Virus record (IMG/VR): IMGVR_UViG_3300048856_000141
Span: 1-35,785 of that record
DNA: 35,785 bases
Strand: one strand, 5' to 3'
Source of the DNA: a virus
Taxonomy: Duplodnaviria; Caudoviricetes
In this document: positions 8,222 to 17,056 of the stretch, piece by piece
Layout: each line of letters opens with the position of its first letter
Position numbering within the stretch: position 1 is the stretch's first letter
Notes under the pieces: generated by a model
What the model was told of the DNA's origin: nothing
Database searches by the model: none
Seen by the model: only the letters and a program-made list of their open reading frames with translations
Translations under genes and position numbers: made by a program

Positions 8222-8658
8222 TGCGCCCGTTACTGAGCCTGGCCGCCGTAACACTGGCGGCGCTGGCCGGCTGGCGTCTCTGCGCAACCGAACGCGAGCT
8301 AACGCAGGCGCAGCGCGTTATCGGCACGCTGTCGGCCGGGCTCGAAAGCCGCGACAGGACGATAGATCGCTTAACCGCTGAGGCGCGCGAAGCCGCAAAA
8401 CGCGAGGCCGCGCTGCGCCTGCTACAGGGCCGCGCCAGTAGCGCCGCCCTTAACCGTGAACGGCAAATAGAGAGGGAAACCGATGCCAATCCGACGCTGC
8501 AGCGCTGGTCTGCCGCTGCTTTGCCTGCTGACGTTATCCGGCTGCACAGCCGTCCCGCCTTCAGCAACGCCCGCGATTATCTGGCCTGGCTGTCCGCGCG
8601 TGACCAGCTGCCCGCTGCCGGGCAACAACCTGCGAACGCAGGGCGATCTGGCCGCTGA
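8221..8658 (+). CDS. lysB: LysB / i-spanin
   Basis: N-terminal TM, coiled coil, WSAAALPADVIRLHSRP. Confidence 0.85.
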   Translation: MRPLLSLAAVTLAALAGWRLCATERELTQAQRVIGTLSAGLESRDRTIDRLTAEAREAAKREAALRLLQGRASSAALNRERQIERETDANPTLQRWSAAALPADVIRLHSRPAFSNARDYLAWLSARDQLPAAGQQPANAGRSGR

Positions 8659-8776
8659 TAACCGCCAGTTAGAGGCTGCGCTCGTGTCGTGCGGGCTGCA
8701 GATTGAAACCATTAAAGCGTGTCAGGAGCAACATGATGCTAAAGCCAACACAGCTGCGCGAGGCGTTGACCCATAG
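8483..8776 (+). CDS. lysC: LysC / o-spanin lipoprotein overlapping lysB
   Basis: Lipobox LSGC, CPRVTSCPLPG...GDLAAD. Confidence 0.8.
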   Translation: MPIRRCSAGLPLLCLLTLSGCTAVPPSATPAIIWPGCPRVTSCPLPGNNLRTQGDLAADNRQLEAALVSCGLQIETIKACQEQHDAKANTAARGVDP

Positions 8777-9212
8777 CGTTCCGTCGCTAACGCAGAACCC
8801 GGATAGCCTGAAGCTGTTTATTGAGAACGGGCGGGTGGTGTCCACGCAGGCCAGCTCGCTGTCATTTGAATATCAGTACGCGCTGAGCCTGGCTATCACC
8901 GATTATGCCGACGATCCCGATCTGATTATCGTGCCGACGCTGCTCTGGCTGCGTGAAAACCAGCCCGACATGATGGCCAGCAAAGAGCAACGCCTTACCG
9001 GCTTCACGTTCAACATCGATACGTTAAGCGGCTCACTCTGCAATATCAGTATGACTCTGCAGCTGACCGAGCGGGTAAAGGTGACGCAGGAAGACGACGC
9101 ACTGCATATCGCCTATCCGGGCGAGCCGCCGCAGCCGAAAAATGTGGATCGTCCATTGCAGCTTTACGTGCATGGCGAGCTGGTCAGCGAGCTGAGTCGG
9201 GAACCGATCTGA
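8733..9212 (+). CDS. R: Tail completion protein gpR
   Basis: MLKPTQLREAL...LSFEYQY...WLRENQPD...LQLTERV. Confidence 0.88.
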   Translation: MMLKPTQLREALTHSVPSLTQNPDSLKLFIENGRVVSTQASSLSFEYQYALSLAITDYADDPDLIIVPTLLWLRENQPDMMASKEQRLTGFTFNIDTLSGSLCNISMTLQLTERVKVTQEDDALHIAYPGEPPQPKNVDRPLQLYVHGELVSELSREPI

Positions 9213-9251
9213 GCGCTATCAACCACCAGCGCAAACCGTTTTTTCTCTTAT

Positions 9252-9318
9252 TTCTTACCGGTAGCTGAGTAAACAGGCACGAGTAGCGGCATAGCCCGCC
9301 TCTGCGCAAAATGACCTT
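9252..9318 (+). promoter_or_regulatory. Candidate Ogr/B-dependent late promoter pV with leaderless mRNA
   Basis: Dyad TTAC-N10-GTAA (9255-9272) centred 55 bp before the V ATG. -10-like CAAAAT at 9307-9312. No SD sequence. P2 V mRNA is known to be leaderless. Confidence 0.55.
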
Positions 9319-9909
9319 ATGAACGCACATATCCCTGAAATTTTGCGCCTGCTGCGCAACCTGATTCGCATTGGCACCGTGGCCGCCGTTAACCTGGAAA
9401 GCGGGCTCTGCCGCGTGAATACAGGCAACAACACCACCGACTGGCTGCACTGGCTGACCGCCCGCGCCGGACGCTCGCGCTCATGGTGCGCCCCCTCCGT
9501 CGGCGAGCAGGTGCTGGTTCTCTGCCTCGGCGGCGAACTGGAGACCGGCTTTGTGTTGCCCGGCGTCTTTTCCGACGCCAATCCGGCGCCGTCGGCGTCG
9601 GCAGATGCGCTGCACTGGTCATTTCCAGACGGCGCGGTCATCGAATATGAGCCGGCTACCGGCGCGCTGACCGCGACCGGCATCCAGAGCGCGCTGATTA
9701 AGGCGGCGGTAAAAATTACCCTGGATACGCCGCTGGTTGAATGTAGCCAGACGCTGAAGGCGGCCACCTTTGAACTCACCAACGGCGGCACCCTGAGCGG
9801 CAACGTACAGCACAGCGGCGGACAACTCAGCTCCAACGGCGTGGTGGTGGATCAGCATAGCCACGGCGGCGTTGAGCGCGGCAACAGCAGAACGGACGGC
9901 CCGCAATGA
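9319..9909 (+). CDS. V: Baseplate spike gpV
   Basis: LRNLIRIGTV, APSVGEQV, C-terminal HSH metal motif. Confidence 0.93.
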   Translation: MNAHIPEILRLLRNLIRIGTVAAVNLESGLCRVNTGNNTTDWLHWLTARAGRSRSWCAPSVGEQVLVLCLGGELETGFVLPGVFSDANPAPSASADALHWSFPDGAVIEYEPATGALTATGIQSALIKAAVKITLDTPLVECSQTLKAATFELTNGGTLSGNVQHSGGQLSSNGVVVDQHSHGGVERGNSRTDGPQ

Positions 9910-10256
9910 CCACCGCACAATATACCGGCATGAGCCGCGCAACCGGCGAGGCGCTGACAGACCTTGAACATATTCGCCAGTCGGTGCGCGACATTTTGAT
10001 TACCCCGATTGGCTCCCGAATCATGCGCCGTAACTACGGCTCGCTGTTATCCGCGCTGATTGACCAGCCGCAAAACGAGGCGCTGCGCCTGCAAATTATG
10101 TCGGCCTGCTATATGGCGATTTTGCAGTGGGAGCCGCGCATAAAGCTGACCTCCATCAGCTACGAGCCTGCGTTTGACGGCGGCATGGCGGTGGAAATCA
10201 CCGGCAGCCGCACCGATACCGCGCAGGATTTTTCCCTAACCATTCCCGTGAGCTGA
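9906..10256 (+). CDS. W: Baseplate gpW (gp25-like)
   Basis: HIRQSVRDILITPIGSRIMRRNYGS, WEPRI. Confidence 0.93.
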   Translation: MTTAQYTGMSRATGEALTDLEHIRQSVRDILITPIGSRIMRRNYGSLLSALIDQPQNEALRLQIMSACYMAILQWEPRIKLTSISYEPAFDGGMAVEITGSRTDTAQDFSLTIPVS

Positions 10257-10260
10257 AACT

Positions 10261-11169
10261 ATGGCAACCATTGACCTGAGCCAGCTGCCCGCGCCTGATG
10301 TGGTTGAGGCGCTGGAGTATGAAACGCTGCTGGCCGAGCGCAAGGCGACGCTGATTTCGCTTTATCCCTCGGAGCAGCAGGAGACCATCGCCCGTACGCT
10401 GGCGCTGGAGTCGGAGCCGATCGTAAAGCTGTTGCAGGAGAACGCTTACCGCGAGGTGATCCTGCGCCAGCGCGTTAACGAGGCGGCGAAAGCCAATATG
10501 GTGGCCTATGCCATCGGCGACGATCTTGACCAGCTCGGCGCCAATAACGGCGTGGCGCGCCTGACGCTGACGCCCGCTGACGACACCACGATCCCGCCGA
10601 CGCCCGCCGTGATGGAGAGCGATGACGATTTCCGCCTGCGCATAGCGGCCGCCTTTGAAGGATTAAGCGTGGCCGGGCCGACCGGCGCCTATGAATATCA
10701 CGCCAAAAGCGCCGACGGCCGCGTGGCGGATGCTTCCGCCATTAGTCCGTCGCCCGCCTGCGTGACCGTGACCGTACTGTCGCGCGAGGGCAACGGCGAC
10801 GCGCCCGCCGACTTGCTGGCGCGGGTTGAAGCCGCCCTGAACGATGAGGATGTGCGCCCGGTCGCCGATCGCGTCACGGTGCAGTCGGCGCATATCGTGG
10901 ATTACGCCATTGAGGCGGTGCTGTACCTCTATCCGGGGCCGGAGGCGGAACCTATCCGCGCGGCCGCAGAGAAAAAGCTCGCCGCCTTTGTCAGCGCGCA
11001 GTCCCGCCTGGGCCGCGATATTCGCAAGTCGGCGCTCTATGCCGCTCTGCATGTGGAAGGCGTCCAGCGCGTTGAGCTGGTGCAGCCGGCGACTGACGTC
11101 GTGCTGGATAAAACCCAGGCCGCTTACTGCTCTGGCTACAGCATAACGGTCGGGGGTTCCGATGAGTGA
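10261..11169 (+). CDS. J: Baseplate gpJ
   Basis: IDLSQLPAPDVVE, EGLSVAGPTGAYEYHA, RPVADRVTV. Confidence 0.95.
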   Translation: MATIDLSQLPAPDVVEALEYETLLAERKATLISLYPSEQQETIARTLALESEPIVKLLQENAYREVILRQRVNEAAKANMVAYAIGDDLDQLGANNGVARLTLTPADDTTIPPTPAVMESDDDFRLRIAAAFEGLSVAGPTGAYEYHAKSADGRVADASAISPSPACVTVTVLSREGNGDAPADLLARVEAALNDEDVRPVADRVTVQSAHIVDYAIEAVLYLYPGPEAEPIRAAAEKKLAAFVSAQSRLGRDIRKSALYAALHVEGVQRVELVQPATDVVLDKTQAAYCSGYSITVGGSDE

Positions 11170-11770
11170 TCGTCTGTTACCGACCGGTTCATCGGTGCTG
11201 GAAGTGGCGGCGGCGGAAGCCTGCGCGCAGATCGACGCCATTCCGGTGCCGCTGCGCAAGCTGTGGAATGCGCAGACCTGTCCGGTGGAGCTGCTGCCTT
11301 ATCTCGCCTGGGCGTGGTCGGTCGATCGCTGGGACGCCAGCTGGCCGGAAGCGACAAAGCGCAGCGTAGTTGCCGCGTCGGAATATGTTCACCGGCATAA
11401 AGGCACCATCGGCTCGCTGCGGCGGGTGGTTGAGCCGCTCGGCTATCTGATCCGCATTATCGAATGGTGGAAAAACGGCGAGACGCCCGGCACCTTTCGG
11501 CTCGATGTCGGCGTGCTGGATACCGGCATTACCGAAGAGATGTATAACGAGCTGGAGCGCCTGATTGCGGATGCAAAGCCCTGTAGCCGGCATCTGATCG
11601 GACTTTCCATCAACCTTGACACCAGCGGCTCGCTGCCAGTTGCCGCCGCCGCTTACAGCGGCGACGAGCTGACCGTTTATCCCTGGATTTCTGAAACCAT
11701 CACCGTGAACGGGCCGGGTTATACCGGCGCGGTACTGCATATTATTGACCAGACGGACGTATACGCATGA
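11162..11770 (+). CDS. I: Baseplate/tail protein gpI
   Basis: CPVELLPYLAWAWSVDRWD, HRHKGTIG, DAKPCSRHL. Confidence 0.95.
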   Translation: MSDRLLPTGSSVLEVAAAEACAQIDAIPVPLRKLWNAQTCPVELLPYLAWAWSVDRWDASWPEATKRSVVAASEYVHRHKGTIGSLRRVVEPLGYLIRIIEWWKNGETPGTFRLDVGVLDTGITEEMYNELERLIADAKPCSRHLIGLSINLDTSGSLPVAAAAYSGDELTVYPWISETITVNGPGYTGAVLHIIDQTDVYA

Positions 11771-12717
11771 CAACAAAATTTTATGCCCTGTTGACCAACC
11801 TGGGCGCGGCCAAGTTCGCTAACGCGGCGGCGCTCGGCACCAAAATAGAGATTACCGAAATGGCCGTTGGCGACGGCGGCGGCTCGCTGCCCACGCCCAA
11901 CGCTTCGCAAACGGCGCTGGTCGGCGAAAAGCGGCGCGCGGCGCTGAACTCGCTGAGCGTGGATAGCGTTAACAGCAGCCAGATTATTGCCGAGCAGATT
12001 ATCCCGGAAAATGAGGGCGGCTTCTGGATCCGCGAAATCGGCCTGTTCGACGCCGACGGCGATATGGTGGCGGTAGCGAACTGCGCCGAAACCTATAAGC
12101 CGCAGTTGCAGGAGGGCAGCGGCCGCACGCAGACCGTGCGCATGATTTTAATTGTGAACAGTACCGCCGCCGTGACGCTGAAAATCGATCCGAGCGTGGT
12201 GCTGGCAACGCGCAAGTATGTGGATGATAAAGCGATTGAGGTACGGGCATACGCTGACGAGGTGATGCAGACGCATCTGGCAGAGAAAAACCCGCACGAC
12301 CAGTATTTGCAGATCGCCAATGCGCTAGCGGAAGTTAAGGATGCCGGGTTGATCGCTGATGTTCTAAAAAACCTCGGTTTGGGGGAAGCAGCGAAAATGC
12401 CAGCAGCAACTGCATCATTAGCTTCCAGTGGATGGATTAAAATACCAGTAAACAATGGTGCTACCTTAATCGTTCAGTGGGGATTAGCAAGCGTATTGGG
12501 TAAATACGATTTAAATTTCCCGGTGGCTTTCCCTACTGGTTGCCTGGCATTTAATGCAACGGCTCATACAACAGAGGGTGCTGATGTTAGTGCCATTGGT
12601 ATTGTTAATGGTTACGCTAAAGATAAAGCATCTGCTTATTTAGTTTGTGCAACTGTATCGGGAGAAATTTTAAAGCTTCATAATAGAACGGTATATTGGA
12701 TAGCTATTGGATATTAA
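11767..12717 (+). CDS. H: Tail fibre gpH (207-aa constant part plus variable cassette A, 316 aa)
   Basis: P2 H-type N-terminus (EGGFWIREIGL, EGSGRTQTVRM, LKIDPSVVLATR). An AT-rich C-terminal module (SGWIKIP..LIVQWG..FPVAFP..YWIAIGY) begins at an inversion site. Confidence 0.93.
   Translation: MTTKFYALLTNLGAAKFANAAALGTKIEITEMAVGDGGGSLPTPNASQTALVGEKRRAALNSLSVDSVNSSQIIAEQIIPENEGGFWIREIGLFDADGDMVAVANCAETYKPQLQEGSGRTQTVRMILIVNSTAAVTLKIDPSVVLATRKYVDDKAIEVRAYADEVMQTHLAEKNPHDQYLQIANALAEVKDAGLIADVLKNLGLGEAAKMPAATASLASSGWIKIPVNNGATLIVQWGLASVLGKYDLNFPVAFPTGCLAFNATAHTTEGADVSAIGIVNGYAKDKASAYLVCATVSGEILKLHNRTVYWIAIGY
12362..12387 (+). repeat. Invertase crossover site L (gix/hix-like)
   Basis: TTCTAAAAAACC-TC-GGTTTGGGGGAA, in frame within H (KNLGLGE). 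Confidence 0.9.
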
Positions 12718-12744
12718 TAATAATTAATTATTCTTATAATCAAC

Positions 12745-12768
12745 AAAAAAGCCCTTGCGGGCTTTTTT
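12745..12768. terminator. Bidirectional terminator inside the invertible segment
   Basis: AAAAAAGCCC-TTGC-GGGCTTTTTT between convergent H and tfa. Confidence 0.85.
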
Positions 12769-13241
12769 TAATTAGGCCAATCAGAAGTGACATAGCCATT
12801 ATTAACTGCTTCGATTAAAATCCATAAAGGGATTTCTGGAAATTCAATATTTGGCCAGTTTTGCTGGCTCGGCCAAGTTTTAAAATTAGCACGTACTTTC
12901 AGTAACTCGTCCCGCTGCTCATCCGACAAAACAGTGTCATTAATTGTATAGTCTTCCAATAACATGCGATCTGTTGAAAGAATAAAATTATCCCGTAGCT
13001 TCCTTGCCTGCGCTTTTAATCCCTCAACCGACACCTCGGATACAGGTAAGTCAATCCAGCATGGCAAGCCATCTCTGGCAACCCCACGAGTTTTCCCTAC
13101 CGGAGGCACGCTGGAAAACTCTATAAAATCCATCTCATGGATATCAATTAAATCATCTGGAAGAGTCCCTGCTTTTATATATGCTGACTCGAGTGATTTA
13201 GGATAAAAAGCATTTTTTTTGGGACTAAAGTAATAATTCAT
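12768..13241 (-). CDS. Tail fibre assembly (chaperone) protein
   Basis: MNYYFSPKKNAFYP...GTLPDDLI...PPVGKTRG..DGLPCWIDLP, a typical Tfa N-terminus. GGAG RBS. Confidence 0.85.
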   Translation of the reverse strand: MNYYFSPKKNAFYPKSLESAYIKAGTLPDDLIDIHEMDFIEFSSVPPVGKTRGVARDGLPCWIDLPVSEVSVEGLKAQARKLRDNFILSTDRMLLEDYTINDTVLSDEQRDELLKVRANFKTWPSQQNWPNIEFPEIPLWILIEAVNNGYVTSDWPN

Positions 13242-13273
13242 TAATAATATCTCCGTCAGTTTAATAAGTTACG

Positions 13274-13333
13274 AGAATATTTTTATTAACACAAAAACAT
13301 AGTTAATCTTGTTGTCTGAAGCTTCAAACAACA
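13274..13333 (-). promoter_or_regulatory. Candidate Ogr-dependent promoter for tfa
   Basis: Near-perfect 24-bp palindrome TGTTGTCTGAAGCTTCAAACAACA (13310-13333) containing TGT-N12-ACA. Minus-strand -10 TATTCT at 13279-13274. Confidence 0.55.
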
Positions 13334-13432
13334 TAAAGGGATATATCCTATGGAAAGTTAAATCCTTCTAATAAATTTAACATGCAGATAAACTTATTAG
13401 CGAATGGTTTTCTGCGCAAAATAATTCTCACC

Positions 13433-13750
13433 TTAATAACCAATTGCGATATAAAACCCACTCACTCCAGTAGTACTTACTGACGAAAAAGCTCTAAACT
13501 GGCTATTGTTCTTTATCATAAATGATAATATTCCAGCGGAGGCTGGAGAATAACCAGAATGCGCAATAACCATTCTTTGAGCTACAGAGGGAAACGGAAT
13601 AGGGAAGGTATTTAAGATTCCGTTATCAGGTCCTGCACCTGCGCAGTTAGCAGCCCCCCACTGAATAATTAAATCCTTACCGCCATCGGTTGGAAAGCTG
13701 ATCCAACCATTCGCGCCCATTGAAGCGGAAGTTGCTGGCATTTTCGCCGC
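13433..13750 (-). other. Silent tail-fibre C-terminal cassette B
   Basis: AAKMPATSASMGANGWISFP..LIIQWG..FPIPFP..FYIAIGY, paralogous to the H C-terminus. Open from site M with no independent start or RBS. Confidence 0.9.
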
Positions 13751-13776
13751 GTCCCCCAAACCGACCTTTATTTCTT
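13751..13776 (-). repeat. Invertase crossover site M (outer half degenerate)
   Basis: Minus strand AAGAAATAAAGG-TC-GGTTTGGGGGAC. Same TC core and near-identical inner half as site L. Confidence 0.8.
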
Positions 13777-13780
13777 GCTT

Positions 13781-14122
13781 TTACCAACCTATTCCCCAAA
13801 CCGTAACTGTCGATGGTGATTTTGAATAGGATGAGGCCGCAATAAAGGTGGAGCGGTCCAAAATAGCTGCTGATGTGAAAGGCGTTCCACTGACTGCATA
13901 TATCGTTGAGTTCGTTAGAGACTGATTGATTGTTAAACATGCAGCCGGAAAGGGAATCGGCCAAGAAGATTCTGTTGTAACCATTTGATTATCAACAGCT
14001 TGAGGGACCGTAACTGATTTCCATTGGATAATAATATTTTTTGTATCTTTTCCGATCAGTGCTGGAATTGATAACCAACCCCATGAGCTGGTTATTGCAG
14101 AGGCAGCGGGCATTTTCGCCCC
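13781..14122 (-). other. Silent tail-fibre C-terminal cassette C
   Basis: GAKMPAASAITSSWGWLSIP..IIIQWK..WPIPFPAAC..VWGIGW, paralogous to the H C-terminus. Open from site R. Confidence 0.9.
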
Positions 14123-14148
14123 TTCCCCCAAACCGAGGTTTCCATGAA
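14123..14148 (-). repeat. Invertase crossover site R
   Basis: Minus strand TTCATGGAAACC-TC-GGTTTGGGGGAA, inverted relative to L. Confidence 0.9.
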
Positions 14149-14212
14149 CAAACCCCTGGCCCTGCCATCCTCCGGGCTGGCACACTCCGCGTCATTTAAC
14201 GGGAGGTTTAGC

Positions 14213-14830
14213 GTGCTGATTGGCTATGTCAGGGTGTCAACAAATGACCAAAACACCGATTTACAGCGCAATGCGCTGCAAAGCGCAAATTGTGAGCTGA
14301 TTTTTGAAGACAAAATAAGCGGCCGGACGGCAGAAAGGCCGGGGCTGAAAAAGGCGCTGCGCTGCCTACAGGAAGGCGACACGCTGGTGGTCTGGAAGCT
14401 CGATCGGCTGGGGCGAAGCATGCGCCACCTGGTAATGCTGACCGAAGAGCTGCGCGAACGGGGCGTGAACTTCCGCAGCCTGACCGACAGCATCGATACC
14501 AGCACGCCGATGGGCCGTTTCTTCTTTCATGTGATGGGCGCGCTGGCGGAAATGGAGCGCGAACTCATCGTCGAGCGAACGCGGGCCGGGCTGGCCGCCG
14601 CGCGGGAAAAAGGCCGCATCGGCGGCAGACGGCGGATCATGACGCCGGAAGTAGTCAGCCGCGCCGAAAGAATGCTGGCGAACGGCGCCTCGCTGCATCA
14701 GATCGCGCTGGTGCTTGAGGTCTCCGTAAAAACGCTCTATCGCTACATTCCTGCGAAAAAACAACAACATCTGCGGCATCTGTTTACTCACCGATCAGCG
14801 AACGCTGAAAGCATGCGCTTGCCCGACTGA
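14213..14830 (+). CDS. Hin/Gin/Pin-family serine DNA invertase
   Basis: GGGAGG RBS and GTG start. [48 protein letters not shown]-terminal HTH ending TLYRYIP. Confidence 0.95.
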   Translation: MLIGYVRVSTNDQNTDLQRNALQSANCELIFEDKISGRTAERPGLKKALRCLQEGDTLVVWKLDRLGRSMRHLVMLTEELRERGVNFRSLTDSIDTSTPMGRFFFHVMGALAEMERELIVERTRAGLAAAREKGRIGGRRRIMTPEVVSRAERMLANGASLHQIALVLEVSVKTLYRYIPAKKQQHLRHLFTHRSANAESMRLPD

Positions 14831-14841
14831 ACTGACAAGCT
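14781..14841 (+). promoter_or_regulatory. Candidate late promoter pF
   Basis: TGTTTACTCACCGATCAGCGAACG box and -10-like CAAGCT at the same 52-bp offset as in the pV candidate. Confidence 0.5.
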
Positions 14842-14870
14842 GTCAGCACCCTAAACATGGAGTGCATCAG

Positions 14871-16040
14871 ATGGCTGATTATCATCACGGTGTCCGCGTC
14901 GTCGAAATTAACGACGGCACGCGCACTATTTCTACCGTATCTACCGCCATTGTCGGCATGGTCTGCACCGCAGACGATGCCGACGCCACGGCTTTTCCAC
15001 TGAATCAACCCGTGCTGGTTACCAACGTGCTCTCTGCTATCGGCAAAGCCGGTAGCCATGGCACGCTGGCCGCCGCGCTGCAGGCGATCGCTGACCAGGC
15101 GAAACCGGTCACCGTCGTGGTGCGCGTTGAGGAAGGCGAGGATGAAGCCGCCACGATTTCCAATATCATCGGCTCCGCCGACGAAAACGGCCGCTATACC
15201 GGCATGAAAGCGCTGCTGAGTGCCCAGACGCAGCTCGGCGTTAAGCCACGCATTCTCGGCGTGCCGGGTCTCGACTCGCTGGAAGTCGCTACCGCGCTGG
15301 CCAGCATTGCGCAGCAGCTGCGCGCCTTTGCTTACGTGTCGGCTTACGGCTGTAAAACGATCTCTGAGGCGATGGCGTACCGCGAAAACTTCAGCCAGCG
15401 CGAGCTGATGGTGATCTGGCCGGACTTTATCGCCTGGAACACCGCCGCTAACCAGTCTGAAACTGCTTACGCAACCGCGCGGGCGCTGGGCCTGCGCGCG
15501 AAGATCGATACCGAAACCGGCTGGCATAAAACCCTGTCCAACGTCGGCGTTAACGGCGTGACCGGCATCTCCTCTTCGGTCTTCTGGGATCTGCAGCAGG
15601 TCGGCACCGATGCGGATCTGCTCAACGAAGCCTGCGTCACCACGCTCATTCGTAAAGACGGCTTCCGCTTCTGGGGCAACCGTACCTGTAGCGACGATCC
15701 GCTGTTCGCCTTTGAAAACTATACCCGTACCGCGCAGGTGATTGCCGACACCATGGCCGAAGCGCATATGTGGGCCAACGACAAGCCGCTGACGCCGGTT
15801 CTGGTGCGCGACATTATTGCGGGCATCAACGCCAAATTCCGCGAAATGGTCAGCGCTGGTTACCTGCTGGGCGCGTCATGCTGGTATGACGAAACCGCTA
15901 ACGATAAAGAAACCCTGAAGGCGGGCAAACTCTTTATCGATTACGACTACACGCCGGTGCCGCCGCTGGAGGATTTAACCCTGCGTCAGCGGATCACCGA
16001 CACTTATCTGGCGAACTTCGCCGCATCGGTTAACAGCTAA
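14871..16040 (+). CDS. FI: Tail sheath gpFI
   Basis: [41 protein letters not shown]. Confidence 0.96.
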   Translation: MADYHHGVRVVEINDGTRTISTVSTAIVGMVCTADDADATAFPLNQPVLVTNVLSAIGKAGSHGTLAAALQAIADQAKPVTVVVRVEEGEDEAATISNIIGSADENGRYTGMKALLSAQTQLGVKPRILGVPGLDSLEVATALASIAQQLRAFAYVSAYGCKTISEAMAYRENFSQRELMVIWPDFIAWNTAANQSETAYATARALGLRAKIDTETGWHKTLSNVGVNGVTGISSSVFWDLQQVGTDADLLNEACVTTLIRKDGFRFWGNRTCSDDPLFAFENYTRTAQVIADTMAEAHMWANDKPLTPVLVRDIIAGINAKFREMVSAGYLLGASCWYDETANDKETLKAGKLFIDYDYTPVPPLEDLTLRQRITDTYLANFAASVNS

Positions 16041-16052
16041 GGAGCCGGAGAG

Positions 16053-16565
16053 ATGGCATTACCTCGCAAACTGAAAGGGCTGAACCTTTTCAACGATTCA
16101 AACAGTTACCAGGGCGTTGTCTCGGCGGTCACGCTGCCGAAGCTGTCGCGCAAGCTGGACGCCTGGCGCGGCGGCGGCATGAACGGCGCGGCCTTTATCG
16201 ATAACGGGCTGGACGATGACGCGCTGGATATGGAGTGGACCATCGGCGGCATGGACGATCTGGTGCTGAAGCAGTGGGGCGCCAGCGCCGCCGTGCCGCT
16301 GCGCTTTACCGGCTCCTATCAGCGTGACGATACCGGCGAAGAGATCGCCGTGGAGATCGAAGTGCGCGGCAGGCATCAGGCCTTTGATTTCGGCGAAGCC
16401 AAACAGGGCGAAGAGACCGAAACCAAAATCACCACCAAAAACACCTACTTCAAGCTGACCTGGAACGGCCAGGCGCTGATGGAGATCGATACCGTTCACA
16501 TGATTGAAAAGGTGAACGGCGTCGATCTGCTGGAGCAGCGTCGTAAAAATCTCGGCCTGATTTAA
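16053..16565 (+). CDS. FII: Tail tube gpFII
   Basis: MALPRKLK, LPKLSRK, RGGGMNG, VEIEVRGR. Confidence 0.95.
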   Translation: MALPRKLKGLNLFNDSNSYQGVVSAVTLPKLSRKLDAWRGGGMNGAAFIDNGLDDDALDMEWTIGGMDDLVLKQWGASAAVPLRFTGSYQRDDTGEEIAVEIEVRGRHQAFDFGEAKQGEETETKITTKNTYFKLTWNGQALMEIDTVHMIEKVNGVDLLEQRRKNLGLI

Positions 16566-16570
16566 CCCGG

Positions 16571-16593
16571 ACGCCAGCGCCTGGCGCTGGCGT
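16571..16593 (+). other. Hairpin after the tube gene (partial terminator or mRNA stabiliser)
   Basis: ACGCCAGCGC-CTG-GCGCTGGCGT, 10-bp perfect stem. Confidence 0.5.
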
Positions 16594-16622
16594 TCAGCGA
16601 TTTTTAAAGAGTGAGAGACCAG

Positions 16623-16919
16623 ATGGAACAGAAAGAACATATCATCGAGCTGGAAACCCCGATTCAACGCGGCGAACTGCAGATTAAATCCGTCGAGGTG
16701 ATTAAGCCCAATTCCGGCGCGCTGCGCGGCACTCGCCTCTCGGATATTGCATCTTCAGATGTGGATGCGCTGTTAACGGTATTGCCGCGTATTACGCAGC
16801 CTGCGCTGACCAAAGCCGAATGCATGGCGCTGGAGCCCGCTGACCTGATCGCCTTTGCCGGTAAGGTGATCGGTTTTTTGTCGCCGAAGTCGGCCGACCT
16901 GACTGGCCACGAAGCCTGA
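16623..16919 (+). CDS. E: Tail assembly chaperone gpE
   Basis: LETPIQRG..KPNSGALRG..DVDAL..VLPRIT. Confidence 0.9.
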   Translation: MEQKEHIIELETPIQRGELQIKSVEVIKPNSGALRGTRLSDIASSDVDALLTVLPRITQPALTKAECMALEPADLIAFAGKVIGFLSPKSADLTGHEA

Positions 16920-17056
16920 CCGTTAATGACCTGATGGCCGATATAGCGATCATCTTTCACTGGCCTCCTTCTGAAATGTACGACATGCCGCTGGCCGAGC
17001 TGCTCGACTGGCGGCATAAAGCCCTGATACGCAGCGGAGCGAACCCGGATGAGTAA
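16874..17056 (+). CDS. gpE' extension reached by -1 frameshift
   Basis: TTTTTTG slippery site at 16874-16880. The -1 frame reads DLMADIAIIFHWPPSEM...WRHKALIRSG to TAA at 17054-17056. Confidence 0.85.
   Translation, partial: FFVAEVGRPDWPRSLTVNDLMADIAIIFHWPPSEMYDMPLAELLDWRHKALIRSGANPDE

Noticed and set aside
13433-14185. ORFs 13433-13759 and 13781-14185 as independent genes
   Set aside because: Their listed starts lie in or beyond the crossover sites without an RBS. They are silent cassettes expressed only after fusion to H.
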